In this document: in pieces, positions 45,845 through 58,138 of the stretch
Numbering within the stretch: the stretch's first letter is position 1
How the letters are laid out: every line of letters starts with the position of its first letter
Source of the DNA: Escherichia coli
Lineage (GTDB): Bacteria; Pseudomonadota; Gammaproteobacteria; Enterobacterales; Enterobacteriaceae
Length of the DNA stretch: 64,000 nt
Assembly: GCF_030013205.1 (NCBI RefSeq)
Contig: NZ_CP122648.1
Direction: 5' to 3' (one strand)
The notes under the pieces: generated by a model
The model's database searches: none
Told to the model about the DNA's origin: nothing
Seen by the model: only the letters and a program-made list of their open reading frames with translations
Made by a program: the position numbers and the translations under genes

Positions 45845-46126
45845 GCACGAAACCTCATGGATGATTCAATACAATGTAGTGGATAAAATTGATCAAATTT
45901 CAACCGAATTCAACTGTTTTATCATTGATTAGAGCGAATTTGGTAGATCTTCGAGGTGTATGATAATCGAGAAGAGATGTGAATTATTTAGCTGATATGA
46001 CCGACAGCTTTCGTTATGTGGACTCAATGTCCCCATTTGTAAATGGCTATGCTTAGTCCACATAGGTTAATGGTGTGATTATTAATTCTTTAACTAAATC
46101 AAGATAGTTAATCCATCATGGGAGAG

Positions 46127-47356
46127 TTATGCGGCCATAACTTTGCATTTTTGAGACGAAACATAGTCACTCCACCATTGCATGAGAACCACCCGTTCAG
46201 TGAGATACTCTGCACGATTGTAGGCTGCAATTATTTCATCTTTCTTCGAGTGGGCAAGGGCGGCTTCTAAGACATCAGTCCTAAACTTGCCAGACTCCTC
46301 AGCAGCCGTTCTAGCAATGGATCGCATACCGTGAGCTACAAGCTCACCTCCGAAACCCATACGGATTATGGCCGCATTAGCTGTTTGTTCATGCATGTGA
46401 TTGAGTGGAGCTTTGATACTGGGGAACACCCACTCTCTATGCCCGCTGATGACTTTCATTAAATCCAAAACTCGCAAAGCTTCTTTGCTCAGTGGAACTT
46501 TGTGAGGCTTCTTCATTTTCATAAACTCCGCCGGGATGTTCCACATGCCAGTTTCAATATCAATATCTGACCATCTTGTGCGAACAGCTTCACCTGGGCG
46601 AACCCATGTGAGAAGTTGCCACTCAATCAGTAGCCTTGTTTCCAAACGGATAGAAGCATTGTTTAGAGCAACCAAGAAGCGAGGGAGTTCGGAAGGGGGT
46701 AATGCTGGCATATTCTGTTTTTTTGGCTTGCTGAACCGTTGCCCCAGGTTGTCTGCCGGGTTGAATTCTATGAGTTCTTCTGTTGCTGCATAGCGGAAAA
46801 TTTCATTCAGGCGGGATATGATGCGGCGAAGTGTTTCAAGGACACCTCGTTTTTCTATGGGTTCTAAATGCTGTTTAAGCATTTTAGGGCGAATCTCCTT
46901 AATTGGGGTATCACCCAATGTGGAAAAGATATTTCTCTCTAGGCTTCGCCAGATGTCGTTAGCATGATCTTGGGAGATGCCTGACGTTTTGACTTTCTCA
47001 TCAAGCCACTTCTTGGCTACTGCTTGAAATGTATGTTCCGTGGCATCTTTCAGTGCATTGGCTTTTTGGTTGTTATGAACTTGGGGGTCTATACCATTTG
47101 TAAGCAACGACAAGTATTCATCACGTAAAGCTCGTGCCTTCGCAAGTGTAAGGTGAGGATAGGTTCCTAAGCTCACCTTAGTTCGCTTTTTGGTCACAGG
47201 CACTGCATATCTGAAATACCAATTTTTCTTCCCTCCCTTCGCCAGGGGAGCGATTCGCAACAGCAAACCATCGCCGTCAAAAAGGTTAACCTCTTTTTCG
47301 GCAGGTTTGGTGCTTTTGATTTCAGTGTCAGTGAGCTTCTTAGCGATTTTGGCCAT
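46127..47356 (-). CDS. int: P4-family tyrosine integrase next to ssrA
   Basis: About 409 aa from MAKIAKKLTDTEIKSTKPAEKEVNLFDGDGLLLRIAP…; C-terminal catalytic region with R…HGMRSIARTA…Y; ORF track extends 27 codons upstream. Confidence 0.9.
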   Translation of the reverse strand: MAKIAKKLTDTEIKSTKPAEKEVNLFDGDGLLLRIAPLAKGGKKNWYFRYAVPVTKKRTKVSLGTYPHLTLAKARALRDEYLSLLTNGIDPQVHNNQKANALKDATEHTFQAVAKKWLDEKVKTSGISQDHANDIWRSLERNIFSTLGDTPIKEIRPKMLKQHLEPIEKRGVLETLRRIISRLNEIFRYAATEELIEFNPADNLGQRFSKPKKQNMPALPPSELPRFLVALNNASIRLETRLLIEWQLLTWVRPGEAVRTRWSDIDIETGMWNIPAEFMKMKKPHKVPLSKEALRVLDLMKVISGHREWVFPSIKAPLNHMHEQTANAAIIRMGFGGELVAHGMRSIARTAAEESGKFRTDVLEAALAHSKKDEIIAAYNRAEYLTERVVLMQWWSDYVSSQKCKVMAA

Positions 47357-47522
47357 GTTTGGGACCCTCGATTTTAGGACCCATCTTCGTGGGTCCCATT
47401 CAGGGTGCCATAACTCGTAGTTCTCAGCAATTCTCACTAGACTACAATAGACGTAAAAAAGCCCGCAGAGCTTGTGCTGTGCGGGCTTAGTAGACTTTAC
47501 TGAACTTCAGTACATCAATATT

Positions 47523-47885
47523 TGGTGGAGCTGGCGGGAGTTGAACCCGCGTCCGAAATTCCTACGTCCTCGGTACTACATGCTTAGTCAGTCTTTACAT
47601 TCGCTTGCCAGCTGCGGACGGACACGCCACTAACAAACTAGCCTGATTAAGTTTTAACGCTTCAACCCCAGGCAGGGCTTCCACGCGATCTCTTTTGGGT
47701 TTGACCTCTCTTGATCCCCGTCCTAAGAGCGGAGGCTAGGGAGAGAGGGCTCTAAGCAGGTTATTAAGCTGCTAAAGCGTAGTTTTCGTCGTTTGCGACT
47801 ATTTTTTGCGGCTTTTTACGAGGCCAACCGCCCCTCGGCATGCACCTTGGGTTTCGCAAATCCCGTCGAATCCAGAATCAGCCCC
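47523..47885 (-). ncRNA. ssrA: tmRNA (SsrA, 10Sa RNA)
   Basis: Minus-strand sequence matches remembered E. coli tmRNA from GGGGCTGATTCTGGATTCGACGGG to …GCTCCACCA (363 nt). Confidence 0.95.
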
Positions 47886-48099
47886 AATGTGTAACGGCAA
47901 GTATACCAGATTTATGAGCGCCATGACCAGCCTCAATGGCGTTATCGTTAAAGATTTAGCACCCATGTAGCCTGATTTTTATTCGATTAAGCAATGGGAT
48001 GGCAACATTTGTGTCGGATGTGATAGCCAATAAGATGTTCATTCGCGCCGCCGGAGAGGGAGGCGCGGTGAGGAACTGGTCAATAATTGGAGTGCAGGT

Positions 48100-48582
48100 T
48101 TAACGGTGGGCGTTTTTCATGATACGCGCTTTATCCACCTGCCATTCGCGCTCTTTGATATCTGAACGTTTATCGTGCTGTTTCTTACCTTTGGCGACGC
48201 CGATTTTCACTTTGCACCAGGCATTTTTCCAGTACAGGGAGAGCGCCACTACGGTATAGCCTTCTCGATTGACGCGACCGTACAATGAGTCCAGTTCGCG
48301 CTGGTTGAGAAGTAACTTGCGGGTACGGGTAGGATCGCACACCACATGCGTGGAGGCCACGGCCATTGGCGTGATGTTAGCGCCAAACAGAAATGCCTCT
48401 CCGTCACGCAGAAGGACGTAGCTGTCGCTGATATTGGCTTTTCCTGCGCGCAGGGATTTAACCTCCCAGCCTTGCAGGGCAAGTCCCGCTTCGAACTCTT
48501 CTTCGATAAAGTATTCGTGACGGGCGCGCTTGTTAAGCGCGATGGTCGCTGAACCAGGTTTATGTGCTTTTTTCTTCGTCAT
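48100..48582 (-). CDS. smpB: SsrA-binding protein
   Basis: 160 aa; conserved synteny upstream of ssrA. Confidence 0.95.
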
Positions 48583-48713
48583 AAGCGTCGTGAATCATCG
48601 GTAATCTGAAATCGAAAACACCCCATATCAATCCTGCGGGGGACAAGGCTCTATCTTAGCATGAACCCGATGTTACCCAGCGCCGGGATAGCGTTTTTTT
48701 TACAGCAGGATAA

Positions 48714-49190
48714 ATGATATTATTTGTTGGATTTTTGTTGATGGAAATTGTTATGCCTCAGATTAGCCGGACCGCACTGGTACCCTACAGCGCGGAGCAA
48801 ATGTATCAGTTAGTGAATGACGTTCAGTCTTATCCTCAGTTTTTGCCGGGTTGTACCGGAAGTCGGATTCTGGAGTCCACTCCTGGGCAGATGACTGCGG
48901 CGGTAGATGTCTCTAAGGCTGGGATCAGCAAAACGTTTACTACCCGCAACCAGTTGACCAGTAACCAAAGTATTCTTATGAATCTGGTGGATGGGCCGTT
49001 CAAGAAATTGATCGGTGGCTGGAAGTTTACGCCGCTGAGTCAGGAGGCGTGCCGTATCGAGTTTCATCTCGATTTTGAGTTTACCAATAAGTTGATTGAA
49101 CTCGCCTTTGGCCGCGTGTTTAAAGAGCTGGCGGCTAATATGGTCCAGGCTTTTACGGTTCGTGCGAAAGAGGTTTACAGTGCCAGGTAA
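48714..49190 (+). CDS. ratA: Ribosome association toxin RatA (YfjG)
   Basis: 158 aa polyketide-cyclase/SRPBCC-like protein; N-terminal extent uncertain. Confidence 0.85.
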   Translation: MILFVGFLLMEIVMPQISRTALVPYSAEQMYQLVNDVQSYPQFLPGCTGSRILESTPGQMTAAVDVSKAGISKTFTTRNQLTSNQSILMNLVDGPFKKLIGGWKFTPLSQEACRIEFHLDFEFTNKLIELAFGRVFKELAANMVQAFTVRAKEVYSAR

Positions 49191-49470
49191 AATTGCCGTT
49201 GAGGTGGCTTATGCGCTACCTGAGAAGCAGTACCTGCAGCGCGTGACGCTGCAGGAGGGTGCGACGGTTGAAGAAGCTATTCGCGCCAGTGGCTTGCTGG
49301 AATTGCGTACCGATATCGATTTAACTAAAAACAAAGTCGGCATTTATAGCCGTCCGGCAAAACTGAGCGATAGTGTGCATGATGGCGATCGGGTGGAGAT
49401 TTATCGCCCTCTCATTGCCGATCCGAAAGAGCTGCGCAGGCAACGAGCAGAAAAATCAGCGAATAAATAA
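49180..49470 (+). CDS. ratB: RatB (YfjF, UPF0125)
   Basis: 96 aa from a GTG start ([21 protein letters not shown]…) overlapping the ratA stop; ORF track 49096..49470 is the same frame from an upstream alternative start. Confidence 0.75.
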
Positions 49471-49531
49471 CAGACAGAAAAAAGGTGCTCATTGAGCACC
49501 TTTTTTAACGTCTTTGAGAGCAACTTTATTA

Positions 49532-49873
49532 TTAGTTACCACTCAGCGCAGGTTTGTTATCAATGTTGGTCAACACACCGCTACTGTTAAAGGTCAGCGT
49601 CAGCGTTTGCTGCGTTACACCTTCATGACCTGGTTGCTGGCGGAAGACATAGAACCAGGTATTCGTACCAAATGGATCGGACATCAACGGTGTACCCAAT
49701 GCGTACGCAACTTGTTGTTGCGTCATGCCAACGCGTATTTTGGATACGTCGTTAGCGGTCAGATAATTCCCCTGGTTGATGTCAGGACGGTAAACCACTC
49801 GCTCCAGAGTGGAACAGCCTGCGGTCAACATCAATAGTACTGCTGCTGCAGCAGTCAGCGTTTTACAGCGCAT
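49532..49873 (-). CDS. bamE: Outer membrane protein assembly factor BamE (SmpA)
   Basis: 113 aa lipoprotein with lipobox LTAGC. Confidence 0.95.
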
Positions 49874-50021
49874 AGTGATTTGATTCCTTTTCGGGCCCGA
49901 GCAGTACGTGGCTCATCTGTAATATGCCGATGATAATAGACCTTTCGTCACTTTAAAACCTTTTGCTTTCCGGTCTTACGGCGTTTTGCTGTTTACTCTG
50001 ACCGTGAAGCAGGAAAAAAGT

Positions 50022-51683
50022 TTACGCCGCAAGCAGTTCTTTCGCATTCGCCAGTGTGTTACGTGTGACTTCACTGCCACCAAGCAGGCGCGCCAGCTCT
50101 TGTAACCGCGCTTTTTTATCCAGGGATTGCATATGCGTTTCTGTCATCGCACCATCGGTTTCTTTGCTGACAAAATAGTGTTGATGACCACATCCCGCGA
50201 CTTGTGGCAAGTGGGTAACACACATCACCTGAGTTGATTCGCCAAGTTGACGCAGCAGTTTGCCGACAACTGCCGCTGTTGGACCGCTAATCCCTACATC
50301 CACTTCATCAAAAATCAGTGCCGGGGTTTCCATTTTACGCGCCGTGATGACCTGAATTGCCAATGCGATGCGGGACAATTCACCACCGGATGCAACTTTG
50401 GCAATAGGCTGCATTGGCTGACCTGGGTTGGTGGTTACCCGAAACTCAATACGATCAGCGCCGTCAGCGCCCAGGTGATGCTCGTCAAATTTAATATCGA
50501 TCGTAAACTGCCCATGTGGCATAGAGAGCGCATGCATACTTTTGGTGATCAGCTGTGCCAACTCATTTGCATAATGCTGGCGTTGCAGGTGTAATGCGTG
50601 CGCGGTTTCCAGTGCCTGCTGATGATGTTTCGTTACCGCCAGCGCGAGCGTTTCTTGTGAGTCGGCCTGATCGTCCAGTTGCTGCTGTTCTTCCAGTAGC
50701 GACTGGTAATACTGTGGCAATGCCTCAGGGCTGACGTGATGTTTACGTGCCAGCGAAATCTGTTTTGAGATGCGCTGTTCAAGTTCAAACAGTCGGTTGG
50801 GATCGAGATCCAGACGATCGCAGTAGTGGCGCAGTTCATCGCTGGCTTCAGTAATCTGGATGGTAGCTTCTTCCAGCATATCAAGTACGCCGGACAGTTT
50901 GCTGTCCATGCCAATCAATTCGCTCACCAGTTGTTTAGCCGTGTAAAGCTGACTTTGCAGGTTTGCGTCTTCACCGTCGGCCATTACTGCCAATGCATTC
51001 TGGCTGGTAGTCAGCAATTGACCGCTGTTCGCCAGACGTTTGTACTCTTCGTCGATTTGCTCAAACTCTCCGGGCTGCGGATTAAATTCGTTAAGTTCTT
51101 TTAATTGGTATTGCAGCAGTTCTGCACGGGCGGCGCGTTCCTGACTTAACTGTTGATGATGCGCGAGGTCACGGCAGCTTTGATGCCACAACTGATAACG
51201 TGCGGTCATTTCCTGGAGTAGAGAGGTTTCATTGGCATAGCCATCAAGCAGGAATTTTTGGTGCTCGGGTTTGGTGAGTAACTGATGAGCGTGCTGACCA
51301 TGGATCTGAATCAGCAACTGACCCAGTTCGCGCAGTTGTGAAAGAGGAACCGCTGTACCGTTGATAAAACCACGGGAGCGACCATCGCTGCTGATTACGC
51401 GACGAAGCAAACATTCATGCCCGTCTTCAAGCTGGTTTTCTTCCAGCCAGCGCAGGGCCGCTGGCGTATCTTTCAGAGAAAAACGGGCGCACAGGTCGGC
51501 ACGAGCAGCGCCGGTACGCACCATGTCGGCTTCAGCGCGACCACCGAGACAAAGGCCGAGGGCATCTATTGCAATAGATTTACCCGCGCCGGTCTCGCCA
51601 GTTATTACGGTCATGCCGCTATGAAAATCAATCTCAAGCTCACGAACGATAGCAAAGTTGCTGATGGTCAGTTGTGCCAACAT
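50022..51683 (-). CDS. recN: DNA repair protein RecN
   Basis: 553 aa SMC-like protein with Walker A GETGAGKS. Confidence 0.95.
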   Translation of the reverse strand: MLAQLTISNFAIVRELEIDFHSGMTVITGETGAGKSIAIDALGLCLGGRAEADMVRTGAARADLCARFSLKDTPAALRWLEENQLEDGHECLLRRVISSDGRSRGFINGTAVPLSQLRELGQLLIQIHGQHAHQLLTKPEHQKFLLDGYANETSLLQEMTARYQLWHQSCRDLAHHQQLSQERAARAELLQYQLKELNEFNPQPGEFEQIDEEYKRLANSGQLLTTSQNALAVMADGEDANLQSQLYTAKQLVSELIGMDSKLSGVLDMLEEATIQITEASDELRHYCDRLDLDPNRLFELEQRISKQISLARKHHVSPEALPQYYQSLLEEQQQLDDQADSQETLALAVTKHHQQALETAHALHLQRQHYANELAQLITKSMHALSMPHGQFTIDIKFDEHHLGADGADRIEFRVTTNPGQPMQPIAKVASGGELSRIALAIQVITARKMETPALIFDEVDVGISGPTAAVVGKLLRQLGESTQVMCVTHLPQVAGCGHQHYFVSKETDGAMTETHMQSLDKKARLQELARLLGGSEVTRNTLANAKELLAA

Positions 51684-51711
51684 AGTTGTTTTCCTGTATG
51701 AAAAACCATTA

Positions 51712-51749
51712 CTGTTATTGTGTACAGTATAAACTGGTTTTATATACAG
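51712..51749. promoter_or_regulatory. Two LexA (SOS) boxes in the recN promoter
   Basis: CTGTTATTGTGTACAG (51712-51727) and CTGGTTTTATATACAG (51734-51749) fit CTG-N10-CAG just upstream of recN. Confidence 0.8.
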
Positions 51750-51768
51750 TAAAGAGGCTGGCGTAAAA

Positions 51769-52647
51769 TTAGAATAATTTTTTTGACCAGCCGAGCTTGG
51801 TGCTTAATGTATTGAAATAACTGTAATCTTTCGGATGAATCAGATTCAGATGGTAATCACAGCGACGAATCAGGACATCTTCACCTTCCTGAATCGGCAG
51901 TGCTATCTGGCTGTCGCAACTGATTTCCAGGTCGTTACGGCGATGCGAAAAACGCAGACGGATCGTGCTGCTGCTGTTTATCACCAGCGGTCGCGCTGAC
52001 AACGTATGCGGGAACATGGGCACCAGGGTAATCGCATCCAGAGAGGGTGTCAGAATAGGACCGCCCGCAGAGAGGGAATAGGCGGTGGAGCCTGTTGGCG
52101 TCGAAATAATCAGGCCATCAGAACGCTGAGAAAACGCAAAGATCTCGTCGATATACACTTCGAACTCAATCATATGCGCCACTTTGCCAGGATGAAGTAC
52201 CACTTCGTTAATCGCCGTGCTGATGCGTTTCTGGCAATCTTGCTGACAAACTTGCGCTTCCAGCAAAAAACGTTTCTCGCTGATGTAGTGGCCTTCCAGC
52301 ACATCGGCTAATTGTTGCTGGGCGTTATCGGGATCAAGGTCGGTCAGGAAACCCAGGTTGCCACGGTTGATTCCAATAACTTTAATATCGTAACGGGCGA
52401 GTGTGCGTGCCGCGCCCAGCATATTACCGTCGCCACCAACGACTACCGCGAGATCAGCCAGTTGTCCAATCTCCGCGAGCGTGCCAGTTTTCACATTCTT
52501 CAGTTGCAGTTCGTGAGCGATTTGCTGCTCAACGATGACCTCGTAACCTTTTGTGCACAGCCAGCGGTAGAGCATTTCATGTGTTGTCAGTGCAGTGGGG
52601 TGCCGTGGGTGTCCCACAATGCCAATACACTTGAAATGATTATTCAT
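51769..52647 (-). CDS. nadK: NAD kinase
   Basis: 292 aa with GGDG motif. Confidence 0.95.
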
Positions 52648-52736
52648 TTTTCCGAGGTCCTTGTTGCGAAGATTGATGACAATGTGAGTGCTTCCCTTGA
52701 AACCCTGAAACTGATCCCCATAATAAGCGAAGTTAG

Positions 52737-53363
<627 letters not shown>

Positions 53364-53382
53364 TTTCTGCTTTCGTAATAAA

Positions 53383-53417
53383 TCACGGCCCAGCATGCGA
53401 ATGCCGGGCCGTTTTCG
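53383..53417. terminator. Putative terminator between convergent grpE and yfjD
   Basis: Hairpin CGGCCCAGCATGCGAATGCCGGGCCG followed by a T-run. Confidence 0.5.
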
Positions 53418-54704
53418 TTACTCCGCCACACTCTCGCGCAGCGGTTTCACAGGAAAAACTTTTACCTGTTTAATCATATTGTCCTGTACGTCGAGAATAT
53501 CGATATCGTACTCGCCAATACGTACACGGGTGCCCGCGACCGGGATCTCTTCCAGTGCCTCAAGAATGACGCCATTAACCGTTCGTGCATCATCTTCCGG
53601 TAGATGCCAGTTAAAGGCTTTGTTGATTTCCCGCACGTTGGCGGTGCCATCAATAATCACCGAACCGTCGTTTTGCGGCGTGACCTCTTCGGCAAGTGTT
53701 GGCGACATGGACGTGGTGAAATCACCGACGATCTCTTCCAGAATATCTTCAACCGTCACCAGTCCCTGAATGTCTCCATACTCGTTGACGACCAGGCCGA
53801 CTTTCTTTTTGTTGCGCTGAAACTTCACCAACTGCGTGCTGAGGGGCGTACCTTCCGGGACAAAATAGATCTCGTCCGCGGCGCGCAGCATGGTTTCTTT
53901 GGTGAACTCTTTTTTCTCCGACATCAACCGCCAGGCTTCACGTACTCGCAGCATACTGATGGCGTCGTCCAGCGAATCACGGTAGAGCACGATGCGCCCG
54001 TGAGGTGAGTGGGAGAGTTGGCGCAGAATCGATTTCCAGTCATCGTTGATATCAATACCGATAATTTCACTGCGCGGCACCATGATGTCATCAACGGTCA
54101 TCTTTTCCAGATCGAGCACAGACAGCAGCATATCCTGATTGCGACGGGAAATTTGTGAGCGCGACTCATGCACGATAGTGCGCAACTCTTCTTTGCTCAA
54201 AGAGCCGCTAACCACGATATCGGTTTTGATACCCATCATGCGCATCAGCATACGGGTGATAGCATTCAGCAACCAGACCAGCGGCATCATCAAAATTTGC
54301 AGCGGAGCCAGCAGAAAACTACTCGGATAAGCGACTTTTTCCGGGTACAGCGCGGCAATGGTTTTCGGCAATACCTCAGCAAAAACCAGAACGACAAAAG
54401 TCAGCACACCAGTCGCAATTGCCACGCCCGCATCGCCGTACAAACGCATCCCAACAATAGTGCCGAGCGCGGAGGCAAGAATATTGACCAGGTTATTGCC
54501 GATTAACACCAGGCTTATCAGGCGGTCTGGCTTACGCAGCAATTTTTCGACGCGTTTGGCCGAGCGATTACCCTGTTTCGCCATATGTCGCAGACGATAG
54601 CGGTTGAGGGTCATCATTCCGGTTTCGGACCCGGAAAAATAGGCTGAAATGACCACCATGATGATCAGAATAATGATCAACGTAGTAGTAGAAATGTGTT
54701 CCAG
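53418..54704 (-). CDS. yfjD: CNNM/CorC-family inner membrane protein (DUF21 + CBS pair + CorC_HlyC)
   Basis: ORF track gives 420 aa from an internal TTG; the frame stays open 8 codons further upstream (LEHISTTT), so the true start may be a non-canonical codon; start uncertain. Confidence 0.8.
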   Translation of the reverse strand: MEHISTTTLIIILIIMVVISAYFSGSETGMMTLNRYRLRHMAKQGNRSAKRVEKLLRKPDRLISLVLIGNNLVNILASALGTIVGMRLYGDAGVAIATGVLTFVVLVFAEVLPKTIAALYPEKVAYPSSFLLAPLQILMMPLVWLLNAITRMLMRMMGIKTDIVVSGSLSKEELRTIVHESRSQISRRNQDMLLSVLDLEKMTVDDIMVPRSEIIGIDINDDWKSILRQLSHSPHGRIVLYRDSLDDAISMLRVREAWRLMSEKKEFTKETMLRAADEIYFVPEGTPLSTQLVKFQRNKKKVGLVVNEYGDIQGLVTVEDILEEIVGDFTTSMSPTLAEEVTPQNDGSVIIDGTANVREINKAFNWHLPEDDARTVNGVILEALEEIPVAGTRVRIGEYDIDILDVQDNMIKQVKVFPVKPLRESVAE

Positions 54705-54724
54705 GGGAAACTCCTTTTCTGGGT

Positions 54725-55516
54725 TTAGCTGATTAACTGCTGGACAATTCGGCTGCCGAAGTAGGCCAGTGTCAGGATGACTGCACCCGCAACGTTAAAC
54801 CAGACGACGCGGCGTCCACGCCATCCTTCATGATAATGTCCCCACAGCAGCACAATATAGACAAACCACGCCACGATAGAGAGCACGGCCTTGTCGATAT
54901 TTTCCATGCTAAATAAGTTGTGCATGTAGAACAGGCCAGTGCAAAGCGTGAGCGTTAGCAGCACCACGCCAATCTGCGTGATGTGGAACATTTTACGCTC
55001 GATACTCATCAATGGCGGCATTTCCTGGTTAAATGCCAGCTTCTTGTTCTTCAATTGGTAATCAATCCACGCCAGTTGCAGCGCGTACAGGGCGGCGATA
55101 ATTAGCGTGGCATAGGAAAAGAGCGATAAGCCAATGTGCACCAGCATCCCAGGCGTTGCTTCCAGATGGGTGATGTATTCATTGGGCATGAAGGTCGCCA
55201 GCGCCAGGTTGATAAGCGCAAAGGCATAGACAATGGGTAGCAGCAACCAGCCACGATTGCGAGAAGCCACAATGGTCATTACCGTACAGATCATCAAACT
55301 GACCAATGAACCAACGTTCAGCAGGCTGAGGTTTTGTCCGCTATCACCGTCGGGCAGGATGCGGGCTTCCAGAGCGATTGCGTGGCAGACCAGCGCAATG
55401 ACCGCAGAAATAATAGCCATGCGCCGCCAGCCGCCGTTTTTTTGCAGCAGACCGGGAACAATCAGCGCAAGACTGACGGAGTAGGCGACAAGCGCGAGCA
55501 GAGCAAAAACGGGCAT
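54725..55516 (-). CDS. ypjD: Cytochrome c assembly-family inner membrane protein
   Basis: 263 aa from MPVFALLALVAYS…; ORF track extends upstream. Confidence 0.85.
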   Translation of the reverse strand: MPVFALLALVAYSVSLALIVPGLLQKNGGWRRMAIISAVIALVCHAIALEARILPDGDSGQNLSLLNVGSLVSLMICTVMTIVASRNRGWLLLPIVYAFALINLALATFMPNEYITHLEATPGMLVHIGLSLFSYATLIIAALYALQLAWIDYQLKNKKLAFNQEMPPLMSIERKMFHITQIGVVLLTLTLCTGLFYMHNLFSMENIDKAVLSIVAWFVYIVLLWGHYHEGWRGRRVVWFNVAGAVILTLAYFGSRIVQQLIS

Positions 55517-55682
55517 AGTAATGTCGACAGTTTGAGCAATAAGAAAGAGAAGCAGTATAGCGTCAGGTGAACGCTGCTCCAACCGTTGCATAACAACAAA
55601 GACGCCTTCATGTTATACTGCGGCAAAATACTGATGATGTGTCGCGATTGCGGCCAACCGTTTCCACCCCAGGCGAGAGACA

Positions 55683-57044
55683 ATGTTTGATAATTTAACC
55701 GATCGTTTGTCGCGCACGCTGCGCAATATCAGTGGCCGTGGACGCCTCACTGAAGACAACGTAAAAGATACGCTGCGCGAAGTGCGCATGGCGCTGCTGG
55801 AGGCGGACGTCGCTCTGCCGGTAGTGCGTGAGTTTATCAATCGCGTAAAAGAGAAAGCGGTTGGTCATGAAGTTAATAAGAGCCTGACGCCGGGGCAGGA
55901 GTTCGTCAAAATCGTCCGTAACGAACTGGTTGCGGCGATGGGCGAAGAGAACCAGACCCTGAACCTGGCTGCGCAACCGCCTGCGGTCGTGCTGATGGCG
56001 GGCCTGCAAGGTGCCGGTAAAACAACCAGCGTTGGTAAACTCGGTAAGTTCCTGCGCGAGAAGCACAAGAAGAAAGTGCTGGTGGTTTCCGCCGACGTTT
56101 ATCGCCCGGCGGCAATCAAACAGCTTGAGACGCTGGCAGAGCAGGTGGGCGTTGATTTCTTCCCTTCTGATGTTGGTCAGAAGCCGGTAGATATCGTTAA
56201 CGCGGCGCTGAAAGAAGCCAAACTGAAATTCTACGACGTGCTGCTGGTGGATACCGCTGGTCGTCTGCACGTTGACGAAGCGATGATGGATGAGATCAAA
56301 CAAGTCCATGCGTCGATTAATCCGGTTGAAACCCTGTTTGTGGTTGACGCCATGACCGGTCAGGATGCGGCCAATACGGCAAAAGCATTCAATGAAGCGT
56401 TACCGCTTACCGGTGTAGTGTTGACCAAAGTGGACGGCGATGCCCGCGGCGGTGCGGCGCTCTCTATTCGTCACATCACTGGCAAACCGATCAAGTTCCT
56501 CGGTGTTGGCGAGAAAACTGAGGCGCTGGAGCCGTTCCATCCGGACCGCATCGCGTCGCGTATTCTCGGTATGGGCGACGTACTGTCACTGATCGAAGAT
56601 ATCGAAAGCAAAGTTGACCGCGCGCAGGCAGAGAAATTAGCCAGCAAGCTGAAAAAAGGCGACGGCTTCGATCTCAACGACTTCCTTGAGCAACTGCGCC
56701 AGATGAAAAATATGGGCGGCATGGCCAGCCTGATGGGCAAACTGCCGGGCATGGGGCAGATCCCGGATAACGTCAAGTCGCAGATGGACGATAAAGTGCT
56801 GGTGCGTATGGAAGCCATCATCAACTCAATGACGATGAAAGAGCGCGCTAAGCCAGAAATCATAAAAGGTTCGCGTAAGCGTCGTATTGCTGCCGGTTGC
56901 GGTATGCAGGTGCAGGACGTTAACCGTCTTCTGAAACAGTTCGACGACATGCAGCGCATGATGAAGAAAATGAAGAAGGGCGGAATGGCGAAGATGATGA
57001 GAAGCATGAAGGGGATGATGCCGCCGGGATTTCCTGGTCGCTAA
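55683..57044 (+). CDS. ffh: Signal recognition particle protein Ffh
   Basis: 453 aa; SRP54 GTPase motifs GLQGAGKTT and DTAGR; Met-rich C-terminal M domain. Confidence 0.97.
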   Translation: MFDNLTDRLSRTLRNISGRGRLTEDNVKDTLREVRMALLEADVALPVVREFINRVKEKAVGHEVNKSLTPGQEFVKIVRNELVAAMGEENQTLNLAAQPPAVVLMAGLQGAGKTTSVGKLGKFLREKHKKKVLVVSADVYRPAAIKQLETLAEQVGVDFFPSDVGQKPVDIVNAALKEAKLKFYDVLLVDTAGRLHVDEAMMDEIKQVHASINPVETLFVVDAMTGQDAANTAKAFNEALPLTGVVLTKVDGDARGGAALSIRHITGKPIKFLGVGEKTEALEPFHPDRIASRILGMGDVLSLIEDIESKVDRAQAEKLASKLKKGDGFDLNDFLEQLRQMKNMGGMASLMGKLPGMGQIPDNVKSQMDDKVLVRMEAIINSMTMKERAKPEIIKGSRKRRIAAGCGMQVQDVNRLLKQFDDMQRMMKKMKKGGMAKMMRSMKGMMPPGFPGR

Positions 57045-57214
57045 TCGGCCTGGCTTGTTTGTCATTTTGGCACCGGGGTGTGCTCGTCATCCTCACGTAC
57101 TGCGTGTACGCTCCGGTGACTGCGCGCACTCCGGCACCAAACTGGCTGCACCGCCGACGGCCTTTTACAGCAGAGTTAGCAACTGTTGATTGCAATTTCC
57201 GCAAAAATGAGTAA

Positions 57215-57541
<327 letters not shown>

Positions 57542-57559
57542 TCTGTCACGGTGGTCATG

Positions 57560-58108
57560 ATGAGCAAACAACTCACCGCGCAAGCACCTGTTGATCCCAT
57601 CGTTTTGGGAAAAATGGGTTCGTCTTACGGTATTCGTGGGTGGCTCAGAGTGTTTTCTTCCACCGAAGACGCCGAAAGCATTTTTGACTATCAGCCCTGG
57701 TTTATCCAGAAGGCGGGTCAGTGGCAGCAAGTCCAGCTGGAAAGCTGGAAGCACCACAATCAGGACATGATCATCAAGCTGAAAGGCGTTGACGATCGTG
57801 ATGCGGCGAACCTGCTGACGAATTGTGAAGTTGTCGTGGATTCATCGCAGCTGCCTCAGCTTGAAGAGGGTGACTACTACTGGAAAGACCTGATGGGCTG
57901 CCAGGTAGTAACCACTGAAGGCTACGATCTCGGTAAAGTCGTCGATATGATGGAAACCGGATCTAATGACGTTCTCGTCATTAAGGCAAACCTGAAAGAT
58001 GCGTTTGGTATCAAGGAACGTCTCGTACCGTTCCTCGATGGGCAGGTTATCAAGAAAGTCGATCTCACTACTCGTTCAATTGAAGTAGATTGGGATCCTG
58101 GTTTTTAA
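57560..58108 (+). CDS. rimM: Ribosome maturation factor RimM
   Basis: 182 aa from [18 protein letters not shown]…. Confidence 0.95.
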   Translation: MSKQLTAQAPVDPIVLGKMGSSYGIRGWLRVFSSTEDAESIFDYQPWFIQKAGQWQQVQLESWKHHNQDMIIKLKGVDDRDAANLLTNCEVVVDSSQLPQLEEGDYYWKDLMGCQVVTTEGYDLGKVVDMMETGSNDVLVIKANLKDAFGIKERLVPFLDGQVIKKVDLTTRSIEVDWDPGF

Positions 58109-58138
58109 ACCACCGGATAAACGGTAAAAGACGGCGCT

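Noticed and set aside
42348-46032. Shared 12-mer GACTCAATGTCC at about 42348 and about 46021, bracketing the recombinase-ParB module like candidate att sites
   Set aside because: A single 12-nt match is expected many times by chance in 64 kb on two strands, and the flanking sequence does not extend the similarity beyond a nearby TTAT; too weak to call without recombination-junction evidence.
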